64,000 nucleotides of DNA from assembly GCA_013265495.1 (NCBI GenBank), contig MU058824.1, positions 3,747,111-3,811,110 on the forward strand, given 5' to 3'. The stretch is from Vicugna vicugna. Taxonomy: Eukaryota. A model generated the notes under the pieces. That model worked only from the letters and a program-made list of their open reading frames with translations, did no database searches and was not told where the DNA came from. Below, in pieces: positions 53,116-64,000 of this stretch (positions within the stretch are counted from its first letter, which is position 1; each line of letters opens with the position of its first letter). A program made the translations under genes and the position numbers.

Positions 53116-56100
53116 TTTTCTTGCCTTGGAATTCATCTAGTGAAGAGGGAATCCATACTTTGTCATGTGGCCAGTGTCAGAGGCAAAGAGCGTCAGCCTT
53201 GACAGGGGAGTTAGAGATCAGGGCAAGTTTTCAGACAGATGGGAAAGCAGAGGCGAGTGAAGGTAGAGACCTGCCCCTAGACCCCTGTCCCACCCCTGCT
53301 GCCTCAGGCCCCAGGCCTCTCTGCCTCCTCCATCTCAGGTCATCAGGCCAGACCCTGGGGACACTCCTCCCCTACTCTAGCATCTGCCTCCTCTGGGTAG
53401 GTACATAGTGGGGCAGGTGTCTGGTCCTTCAGGATCAAGGCAGTTGGCCTGGCTCTGGCCCAGCTCCTGAGGGCAACCTGAGGCCCGGCAGTGAGCCTGA
53501 AGGAGCTCAGCAGCTCGTGGCCCCAGTAGGCCATCTGAGGCAGCCAGCCCTGCAGCCTGCCCCCTGCGCTGCCCCGCTTTGTGCTGCCCTCCTTCTCACG
53601 TGTCTGTGTTTCTTTTCTCCTCCATGCTATGGCAGTGGTGCCCCGTGCTGATGAGACAATACTTGGTGCAGCCCCAGGCAGTCCTTTTCCAGGTAATTTC
53701 CTAGGGACCCAAATGACCCCCAGCACACACTTTCCTGGGGCACATGCCTCCTTGAGTCCCTTCTAGGATTCCTTGACCCCTCATGCTGCTTAGTTTCCAA
53801 AGTGCGATCCCTCTCCTTATCCTTCAGATCCTCATAATCGCCCTGGCAGGCAGGCAGCAAGGGGTTACACATAAATCTCATTTTATTAATGAGAAAAATG
53901 AGGCTAGGAGAGCTGGCCTGTCTTGCCTGAGGTTATACAGGTGAGAAAGAGGCGGAGCCGCGGCAGGATCCCTGTTATTGTTCCTAGCTCACTGTTCTTT
54001 CTACCACAGGATCAGCAGCTATAAGTGATGCAGGTACAGATTAGCTAAAGAAGTCCATTCTCCTCCCTGTGTCTCAGTTGTCCAGGTTGGGAAATATGCC
54101 CCCGAGCATCCTTCTGGCTCGAGCATTTGAGAGAGCAAGACAGTCTGTCATCTAGGGCGTGGTGTCTGAGAGGATGGTGTGCATACCTGGTGGGCTTGAC
54201 CTTGAGGCCTCTCAGGAGTCTGTGGCAGTGGGCAGAGAAGTTTTATCCCAGTTGATTGCCTTGTAATGGACAGTCTGTGAATTGCTGACCTGAGTTCGTT
54301 TCTCTTCCTGGGTTATAGTCAAGGGGCCCTGATGGGAAGGAAGCAGAAGCCCAAAATGACACCGTTAGAAAGAACTCCAAGAGCTTGGAGAAGCAGGAGA
54401 TGGAACACAGCTGTTACCTGTGGCTGTTGGTGGCTGGGTAGGAGCAATGGGGGAAGAAAAGGTGGCTGTGTTCCCGAGGGCGTAAGTCCACCAACACACA
54501 TGTGCATATGTGACTGTGTGTATGTCTAGGGTCTCTGCACCCAACTCTTCAGCCCTTGGCTTCCTAAGTCACTATGAGATACAGAAATAGATGCTGTTGT
54601 TACCGGAAAAGAGGCACCAATAATGTGTTTTCGCTTATCTTTCTCTCTCCTTATCTTCTTTCCCACCTTTCTTTTTCTATGATTCTTTCTACCTCTCCCA
54701 GCCTCCATTTTCACAATGGATTTGTCCTGTAAAATAAATAATTACATATATCTAAGATAGTTAAGTTAAGGCTGAAAAAAAAATGTTCAGAAACTATGCA
54801 GAGGAAAGAGTAAGATCATTGCATGAGGTGCCAGCAATGATATGGTTGTGGTGATTGAGCACTGAATTTGACTGAGCTTCCTGGCAGCCAAGGCACAAAG
54901 GGTTATGGAGTGGTTTCCAATGTTCCTATTGTTCAGAGGTGAATTAACCATTCATTGGGAGAAAAAAAGCCTTTTTTCTGGTAATGACTTAAAGGAAATA
55001 TTGACATGGAATTTGAACATTCTGACGGGCATGTCTCCAGAGATTAAAATAAAAGCTCTTTGTATGGCTGTTTTCTTTAACTGCCTCTAATCAATGTTGA
55101 ATGCCTGATATTCTGTGACAGACCAGTGATGGCACTTCCCCAGGGATTTTACCTCATGGTGGGCAAGGACATTGTTTTCTGGTCACCCGATTTGTTGAGG
55201 GGTAGAGGTGAGAGGTTAGCACATTATTTGGAGCTCTTGTTCCAACACTCCCCAGTTACTTGTTGAATGTTGTGGGGCATGTCATGCTGCTGGACCATAC
55301 ACTGATTCATGTAACAGGTACTTAAGGGGCTTTAGGACTGTTCCATGCTCTATGCTCTCAAGGCAACCTAGAGGGAGACAGACAAACAGCCATTATACAT
55401 AGTGGGAAGTGTGATAATAGAGGTCTATGCAAAATAGCACCAAGTATGGACACATAGACAAGGGAGTCATGATTTCTTTGTAGGAATGTGGGGCCCAGGA
55501 ATGGCTTTACCAAGGAGGTGACATTTGAGCTGGGTCTTGTGGACTGTGTAGGAGTTCTCTAAGTAGCTGCATGAGATGGGCCCTCCAGGCAGAGGTAGGA
55601 CAGTACCTGGAGTGGCTGAGGAGCCAGCCAGTGGAGTGAGGTGCCAGGAAACCCAAGAGATTGGGGAGAATGCAGTTGCCTTTAAAAATCACAGGCAGCT
55701 CAGAGGGACAGACAATGATGAGAAATTAGTGAAATGACAGCATCCCCTGGCTCAGGCAGGAGCAGAGTGAGAGCTGTGGCATCCCACCAAAGAAGGAGAT
55801 GGGGCTCAAGGCCAGCCCTGCCAAGTGGCGATGGTGGGAGGCACGAATGGCAAAGGGCAGTGAGGGCTGGTTTCTGAGTCCTGCTGTCCCCTGAGCCCCA
55901 GCTCTTTAGGAAAGTTCTCTTTACCTTCTGGCAATCATTGGTGGTTGGGGGACTGGATTTTTGGACGTCCAATAACTCAAGTTGAAGGTTTTGTGTCTTG
56001 AAAAGATGATTCAAACTCAACTGTTGAAGCGATTGGACAAACTTTGATACTGAATTTATTAACTAAAAGAAGATCAAATAGCAAAAAGTTCTTTCATCTG

Positions 56101-56849
56101 GACATTAAACAAGTTAAGAGGCAGGATGGGCCACTCACCCTCCTACCATTTTCTTAAACGCAGGTTGGCTATGCTTTCTTAGGAAACAGAGGCTTTCCTT
56201 TGTAGACCCAGCTGCCTAACCTGGAGTCTGGGAAGGCGAAGGCCTGGCAGTGGGGAGAGGAGGGGTGCAGGCTGAGAGCCTGCCTGGCTTTCCTGAGGAT
56301 AAGGATCACTCACTCATTTGCTCATCCGAGTATTCATTGTGCAGGCTCCTCTGAGTTGAATCTTGTCTTCTTTTTATCTTAACCTCTTCTGCTTTCACCT
56401 CCTACAGCTATTGGCATGTGCCCTGTTTTGGGGTCACTCCAGTCTTCTCACCTCTGAGCCTTCCTTCAGCTCTTCTCAGCCTGGAGGAAAGGGATTGCTT
56501 GGGTTCAGGGTAAATACAGCCGGGCCCAGGAAGCCTTTCCTGACCCCTTCCCACCCTGTGTAAATGAACGGTTCTGTGTGCTTGTCCCTCTTGGGTGGAG
56601 CTTCAGGGCCACGTGTCTTTTCCCTTGAGGTTTGTGAATGCAGGTCAAAGGGCATGTCTGGTCTTCACATGGCATCTTGCACACAAGAGGCTCCACAAAT
56701 TCTAAACATCTACTATGTTCAGGCCTCCACTAGGACACTCGGGAACACAGAGGGATGGGAGGCTCTGTCCCCACCCTGGGGGCCCAGAAACCCAAGAGAC
56801 CCTCACAGAGGCATTTTGACCACAGCAATGCCCTGAAGGAGGAGCTTCC

Positions 56850-57203
56850 AATGAGCTATACTTCCAAATTTGTTTTTAGCAAATTAGGAGGCTAATGTCA
56901 TGACTAAGTCCCATTCTGTGTTGGATAAAGTCTAGACAGTGACCTTTTCCCAATAACTCCCTGCTGCGTGGAATGAAGACTCTGTTGGGTGTGACCTATA
57001 GGAAGAAATATATTGTTATCTCTACCTAGTACACACATATCCACTTACACATGAAACAAAGATTAATGAAACAGGACTTACTCTTTCTGTCTGAGACTCT
57101 TGGATATTTTCTGTCCTAGTCCATTCTAATTTCATCTTTTAAAAGGTTGGTACTAGTAAACTGATTTCATGTGATACAGGGTTAGGACAGTATGAAAATC
57201 ATT
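56850..57203. mobile_element. Old hAT DNA transposon remnant (Charlie4-like)
   Basis: Resembles a remembered consensus (aaaaggttggtactagtaaactgatttcatg...cagtatgaaaatcatt). Highly diverged. Confidence 0.4.
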
Positions 57204-57440
57204 AAGGTAATTGTCAAGACTTTGGAATCAGATGGATGCAGGTTTGCATCCTGGCTCTGGCACCTAGAAGCCATGTGACATTAGGCAAGCTACTTCCTCT
57301 TTATAATAGAAGTCTCAGTTTCTTCATCTGTGAAATAGGGATAACAAAGAACCTACTACAGAGGGTAGTTGTGAGGATTAAATGGGATAATACAGGTAAA
57401 GCTTCTGGCACAGAGTAAGTGATTGATAAATGTGAGCTTT
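57204..57440 (+). mobile_element. MIR
   Basis: gactttggaatcaga...tctcagtttcttcatctgtgaaataggga...gttgtgaggattaaatgggataat. Confidence 0.8.
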
Positions 57441-57714
57441 GACATATTCGTGAAGATTTTGGTTCTTACTGTCCTGGTACCACTTGGTGGAGCCAGCTGA
57501 GTGAAGGCAGGACTCCTGCCTCCTGGGGAATGGTAGTCAGGAAGGACTTCCTGGAGGAGGAGTCGCTGAAGCAGGACAGCAGGTTGGCCAGGACCCATTA
57601 CTGTCCTCACAGTGGCCAAGAACCCTGTGTGAGCATCACCAGGCCACTCGTCTCCTTTTCCATGAAGGGCAGACTTGTTTCCAAGGAGTTTTGGCTGGAC
57701 CTAGAGCTGACCAT

Positions 57715-58045
57715 GTTAGATGCCTTTGCCTTTCACAGTTAGGTCTCTAATCCACCTGGAATTGATTTTTGTGTCTGGTGTAAAGTAAAGATCCAATTTC
57801 TTTTTTCCCCCTTGTTTCTTGTTACCCCGCAGTGTTTATTAGAGTCCATCCTCCCCTGCTGATTTGTACATCACCTCTCTCATATATCAAGGTTCCATAT
57901 TTGCGTGGATCAGTTTCTGGACTCGATTCTGTTTCACAGGTCTATTTATCTGTGCTGGTGCCAGTCCCGTACTGTCTTAATTACTGCAGCTTAGTGGTGA
58001 TTCCTGATGTTGGGGAGGCCTGTCCCTCATCTTGTCCTTCTCCCT
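57715..58045 (-). mobile_element. L1 ORF2 fragment
   Basis: aggtctctaatccacctggaattgatttttgtgtctggtgtaaagtaaagatccaatttc and ccagtcccgtactgtcttaattactgcagctt. Confidence 0.75.
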
Positions 58046-59305
58046 TGGAAGCACCTGGGCTGCTTCAGGCCTGTGCTCTTCTCTGCATGTTTCAGAATCA
58101 GCCTCTGCTGGAAATGTGCAGAGAACCCCTGAGCTCTGGACAAGAATCCATCTCAGGGTGACTGGGCTTGCCATGCCTCTTAGACTCATGGCTGCCATCC
58201 ATCCTGGTGGGCATTTGAGCTGCCCTGAAAATACTTTTTAATTCATTTGCAGAAAGAAGAGCCAGGAAAGTGCCCACGTCTGAGTCTGCTCTGCCTGCCA
58301 CTTGCCCGGTGGCTCCTATGGTTTCCCTCCCAGTGGCTCAGTCCTTGTCATCCTACCCAGGGTGTCTGTAAACTCCTTTCAGAAGACTGCTAGCTTCTTC
58401 ACCTCTGCCTGCCAAGGACATAGCGCCAGACAGACAGGAATGTGTCCCCCATTGGCAATGCCAGGGTCCTGGAGGAAACTCCCTGCACCAAAGCTTGGCA
58501 CAACCAAATTCTTTGGTTTAGGTGTTTGCAGATATATTCTTTACCAAAAGATAGGCCTGGAGGTGGGTGAGAGGATGAGATCTGTCACTCGTGCTTCTAC
58601 TGAAGCCTGTCTTTGAATGGGAAGACCCACATTGGCATCTTGACAGCCTTCCCTGGAGACCATTCTGACAGTGGCTCGGATGCCAAGGAAATGACTCATC
58701 CCAAGCTCTGATTCCATGAAATGGCTTAAAGAAAGGAGCATGACTCATGGGCCAAATGCACACAGTTGCTGTGGACTTGTTAAATCAGATGTATACACTG
58801 CACAGTTTTCAGCACGCAGGTGTTTATGTGCTTCCGGAGTTCAAAAACACTGGCCAACTGTGAGTCATTTGGTTTGATATCTTAGCTTTTGGGTAAGAGT
58901 TTATGGTGAACCATCCCCTGTTGACCCTGGGCAAAGTCCTCCTCCCTTTGGGCCTCAGTTTACTCATCTGTGAAATGAGGATTTGGATGGGATAATGGCC
59001 CAGATTCCCTTTAACCCTTGTTTCTGTGATTCTACACCTGTGGTTTGAGAACACTTAAATCAGAAACCTTTCTTTCCACCCTCCTGGCTATGAGACTCCT
59101 TTTTCCGCTTTTCTTTAGGTTACGGATATCTCCCTCCCTGCATGGAGGAGGATGGTCGTCTCTGTCTAGCTGGGCTGGGTGAGGGGTACCTGCAGGCCAC
59201 AAAGAAGCTAGGTTTGAATTCTTGTGAAGCTATACTGCATCCTGTCCACCAATTCACCCAGGGAGCCTTGCCATTTCTGGGTACTGTCTTGTTCTGTTGA
59301 GCTGA

Positions 59306-59605
<300 letters not shown>

Positions 59606-61739
59606 TAGGGTGTGGCGGGTGAGTGGCAGAGAGGGAATGTGTGTGTGATGAGGAAAATGGTTTCTTGGTGCTTTTGACTGACTGCCATCTTTGTTTTAAT
59701 GAGGTTATGAGGTCCTGGAACAGGTGAGGCAGTAGGGGACTGCTGGGTCCAAGAGTTGTGGCTTTGATGAGACATGCTGTGATAAAGCCGGAGGAGAACA
59801 AATGGCAGATGGGCTACGGGCTGAGAGGAGTGGCAGGGAAGCCTGACGTCAGAGAGGCTAGCGATTTCTGGGCCCACTGTGGGTGGGACTGGGTGTTCAA
59901 AGGTCTTGGAAGAAAGGCAGCCCTGGTTGGCCTCAGCCTGGAGGATGAAGAGAGTCCTGTCGGATTGTCACCAGGGGTTTCAGATTGCCAGGCAGAGGTG
60001 GAGTCGTGAGGGGCAGGAGGTTGAGGCTGCCTTTCTGGAAGGCCCAGGACCAGCCACTTTAGCTGTCAGCGTAAAGATGAAATGTTGGGCCGTGGAGGCC
60101 CACAGCTGGCTTTGAACTTGCCATTAACAAGCTGTGTGCTCTTGGGTAAGTTATATAAGAATTCTGGGCCATAGTTCTTTAATCTGTAAAATCTGTACCA
60201 CCTACCCCACAGTGTTGCTGTGAGGATTAATGCGTCAAACGTATAGGGTGCTTAGACTCTGGCTTAGCACATGGCAAGCACATGTCACTATTATTATTCA
60301 TCTAAGAGCCATCTCACAGTGGCTGGTCACCACCAGGCTCACTACCGTGAAATGGCTGGACTGGGAGGGCTGGACAGGCAGACGCCCCTCCCTGCTCCAG
60401 CAGCACTGAGGTAATATGGATGGACAGACTCGGCCATCAGCTCTGGGAGATTGTCCAACCATGCAGGCAGAGGGCAGTCTTGGATACTGAACAGCCAGAT
60501 AGTGGGGGGCTGGGGGTGGCACTTAGACCAGAGCCTTGAGGTCCAGCCTGAGGCACCAGGATGTCCCTGCAGGCAGATAGGCAGGACACAGTAAACAGTG
60601 ACCGAGACAGGGGGTTCTGAGAAATGTAAGTGGGCTGTGGTTGCATCAGGGTGGCTGTGGGTTGGACTTGGGTTAGGACTTTAGGGGTGGGGTCGCATGA
60701 GACAGGCTGTCGGTCCCAGCCTCCTGTAGGCTCCAGGGCAGGGAGGGCCCCGCACTGAGACCTGGGCTGGCCCAGTTCTGAAACTGGGGCTCATAGGGCT
60801 CAGGCAGGAGCAACCAGGGCTCTGTTTGCAGATCCAGGCATCACATGGGATCAGTTAAGAGGCAAGAGTGACTTGGTCCCGTCTATTTGAGATGGGCCAA
60901 GAACGTGGAAGGCAGCCGAGCCTGCAGTTGTGGAGGTATCAATAATGGGGCAGGGATGGAGGTGGCGTGGGCAGCCTCAGCCAGAATGAACTTTTACTAA
61001 CATCACAGGTGTCCCATGAATCCCTGTACAAGTCCTCTGATAGCACCCCCATTTTACTGATGCAGAAATCAAGTGTCAGAGAGGGGCTTGCCCGATATAA
61101 GAAGAAAGGGGGAGAGTTGGACCCGGCCTTTGGTCTCCTGGGTCTTTATTCTTTTCAAGGAACTACAGCTAATTAGGGAGGTGAGGGTGGTAGGGTAGAA
61201 AGAAACCTGGACTAATTAATAATAATAGTAAGTCACTTTATCTAGTAGTCACTGAGTACTAGACCTCTACTTGGTGAACTTGTTTTACCCTTGGGGGAGC
61301 CCTGGGAGGTGGGTATTATTATATCACAACCATTTCATAAACAAGGAAACTAGGCCTGGGGCAATTAAGTAGCTTGCCAGCGATCACAGCTAGTGAGCAG
61401 CAGGGTTACAATTGAACACCAGATTGGTTGTCAGCTCCTCTACCAGGGAGATAATCTGGGGGCTAATCTTGGCGCTGGCACTTCCTTGCTGTGACTTTGG
61501 ATGCATCTCTGAGCCTTGGTTTCTCCATCAGTAAGATGGTCCTGGTCTCTCAGGGCCCTTGTGGGGATCAAATGAGATCCCCAAGGGGACTACTCTACAG
61601 AGGGAGGGTTTGTTACTGCAGTTGGGGTTCATGGGTTTAGGTAGATCGCAAGAAGACATTCTACCATCTGCCTATTTAGATGGAAAATAATCCAGTGAAT
61701 GCTGGGACTCTGGTTGCATTTCTGAGACTCTTGTCTACT

Positions 61740-62032
61740 GATATAGCAAACTGGTGGCCAGCTGCCCAAAGGGCTAATGTAGCCCACAGATATGGTTAGG
61801 AGGGTTCCCATAGGACTTTTTATAAATTTGAGTCAACATTAAAAATTTTTTTAAACTGGATTTCTGGCTTCCCTGGAAAAATCAGAAGATCTGTCCACAC
61901 TGGGCCAAATTCCCACATGGTCGGGTAGGCGGGGGCTCAGTGGCAGCAGCCTCTCAAGGCAGGCCCTGCCCACCTGCTCTCTCATTTAACTACAAGTCTA
62001 ACCTGGAAAGGAATTTGAGTTGAATACGCCTG
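61740..62032. mobile_element. hAT-Charlie element (MER102-like)
   Basis: Diagnostic block tttctggcttccctggaaaaatcagaagatctgtccacactgggccaaattcccacatgg. Confidence 0.6.
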
Positions 62033-62229
62033 ATGTAGAAAGTCGGTGCTAAGAGCCAGCTGGCTGGATTAGCTGTCCAGAAGTCTGCAGAAGACATCAG
62101 TTGGCCCAGGTGGCAAGTCTGCATGTGGGCTGGGTTTTCAGGAAAACCTTGACCAAAGATTTGTTTCTATTTTGACTATCTATTTTATAGTCACATCATA
62201 GAGCAGCAAAAGAATATAAATATCTCAGA

Positions 62230-62935
62230 CCAAAGGCAGAATTATGCTTAAAGTGAAAATATTAAAATTATTCTAATTATAAATATATAATACTTATATA
62301 ATAGTATAATACTATAAATATAACCACTAGCTTTCTTATAAGTAAACAATAGCTGGATAGAAAAATAATAGTGGAAAACATTAACAATAGTACCAAAAAA
62401 AAAGAGAGAGAGAGCATGCTGAGGAATAAACTTTAAAACGCCACGAAGCGAGAATAAATGGAGAGATACAACTTGTTCTCGGATAGAAAGACCCATATCA
62501 TGAAGATGTCAGTTTCCCCTAAGTAATGTATTCATTCAAAGCATTTCCAATCAAAATACCAACAGAGTTTTTTTTTTTAACTTGTCAAAATGACACTAAA
62601 TACTGGATAAACACTCAAGGGTGGCTAGAAAAATTCTGAAACAAAGAAATGAGTAAAACAGAGTGTATTTTAAAATGTTATGATAAAGCTACAACAATTA
62701 AAACTGTTACTGAAACTGAAGTCAATAGACAAATGGGACAAATGGAATAGCACAGAGAGTCTGGAAATAGATCGAAATATATGTGAATTCTTCTAAATGC
62801 AGCATTTCAAATCAGTGGAGAAAAGAGAAACCATTCAATTAATGGTGTTGGGACAATTGGGCCTGTTGGATTCATACCTCACTCTCTATATCAAAATAAA
62901 TTCCAGGTTGATCAAAACTTTAAAATGAAATTGTT
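62230..62935 (+). mobile_element. L1 ORF2 (3' part) fragment
   Basis: atggagagatacaacttgttctcggatagaaagacccatatcatgaagatgtcag, ccaatcaaaataccaacag, aatggtgttgggacaattgg. Confidence 0.8.
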
Positions 62936-62939
62936 TATA

Positions 62940-63450
62940 ATTAAATACTATGTACTTTGATAAGTAAATACTCAGCATGTCTAAACTGTAAGATGTAGTT
63001 GAGTAGCCAAGGGCTTGCCTCGTGTACAGAACCACCGTAAACCTGATGGTCCTGGACACAGACTTACTGTGTTTGACGTACTTTGAGCATGATTCTACAA
63101 ATAGGTGACGAACTTTTGGCAACATTCCAAGTAAAACAAGCTACGAGCTTTGCTCGATTTACACGGTAGTTGCATTCCTAGAAAATTCAGTGTATATTAA
63201 GACCATGGAAACTGCAAGTTCACATTTATATGGAAATGAAGTTCCATTCTAGATTTAAATAATTATAAGCAGATTTTTCCCCTACACGAATGTTTGGCAG
63301 GACATGACAGTAGTGCAGAGTGAAGGAGTGTTCTTCATTGTGTGGGGCTGCTCCATGACTAGCCAATAATGCCTGTCAATCATATAAAAGCCCCCACAAA
63401 TGTTCAAAACACCCTCTAGGGGGCAGTTGACGACCCCACTGAGAGCTGTT
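62940..63450. mobile_element. hAT-Charlie non-autonomous element (MER20B-like), second copy
   Basis: Shares diverged blocks with 3780-4315 (e.g. ctcgatttacacggtagttgcattcctagaaaattcag vs ctcaatttatgtgaagattgtattcctaaaaaagtcag). Confidence 0.6.
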
Positions 63451-64000
63451 AGAACACCTTGAAGGAATGCCCCCAGGAGTTGTTAGGGTGGGACTCCTTG
63501 TCACCACACGGCATTAATTTAATTCCACCTGTGCTCCTGGACACAGTTCTGAACTGTTGAGAGGTGAGCTTGAGTCTCCAGCCCCACCTCCCACCTTCTT
63601 CCCTCCTCATGAGGCCTGGAATGGAGCAGGCGCTCAGCTGGACTGGGAGCCCAGCCCGGGGCTCTAGCTAGGCCTGCCGGGCTGGGGTCTGGGAGGTAGT
63701 TAGGCTCTATACTGCTCTGTCCCAGCCCTCACCCTCCTGGCTGCCCAGGGAAGTTCTCGTTAGAGAACAAGTGAATGTCTCTCCATCATTTACACGCCAC
63801 ATTAAATATTAAGTTAAACCCTTGCTCTACCAACCAGGTCCACGGTTCAGAAACTACTCGACATTTACAAACCAGTGACATGGCCAGCCCATTCCTGCAT
63901 TGTCAGCAGTTTGGGCCTTTCCTAATTGGGACTAATTATCTGCAGGTGTGTCCTTGGGTCACAGGCCTGCTGATGGGGCAGCCACTTTGCCTACCTGCCA

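Overview
This is mammalian (eutherian) genomic DNA covering the middle of the PAX5 gene on the + strand: the 3' part of intron 5, exon 6 (18847-19022, partial homeodomain), the 40.4-kb intron 6, exon 7 (59465-59594) and the start of intron 7. Two young tRNA-derived SINEs of the Vic-1 type suggest a camelid (alpaca, llama or camel). I saw no obvious Alu, B1, Bov-tA, PRE-1 or Can-SINE copies. The rest is ancient interspersed repeats (L1M, L2, MIR, Tigger, hAT-Charlie), microsatellites, an intragenic CpG island and many repeat-free, motif-dense blocks that look like enhancers. Apart from the two exons, the ORF track appears to be noise or decayed L1. I found no evidence for a new protein-coding system. 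The best leads are regulatory (candidate B-cell and neural enhancers), splicing-related (a candidate poison exon and a recursive-type exon 6 start) and unusual retroposon structures (a 3'-truncated L1 with a target-site duplication, and a SINE with a 3' extension). Repeat subfamily names and human/mouse comparisons are from memory and need RepeatMasker or alignment confirmation.
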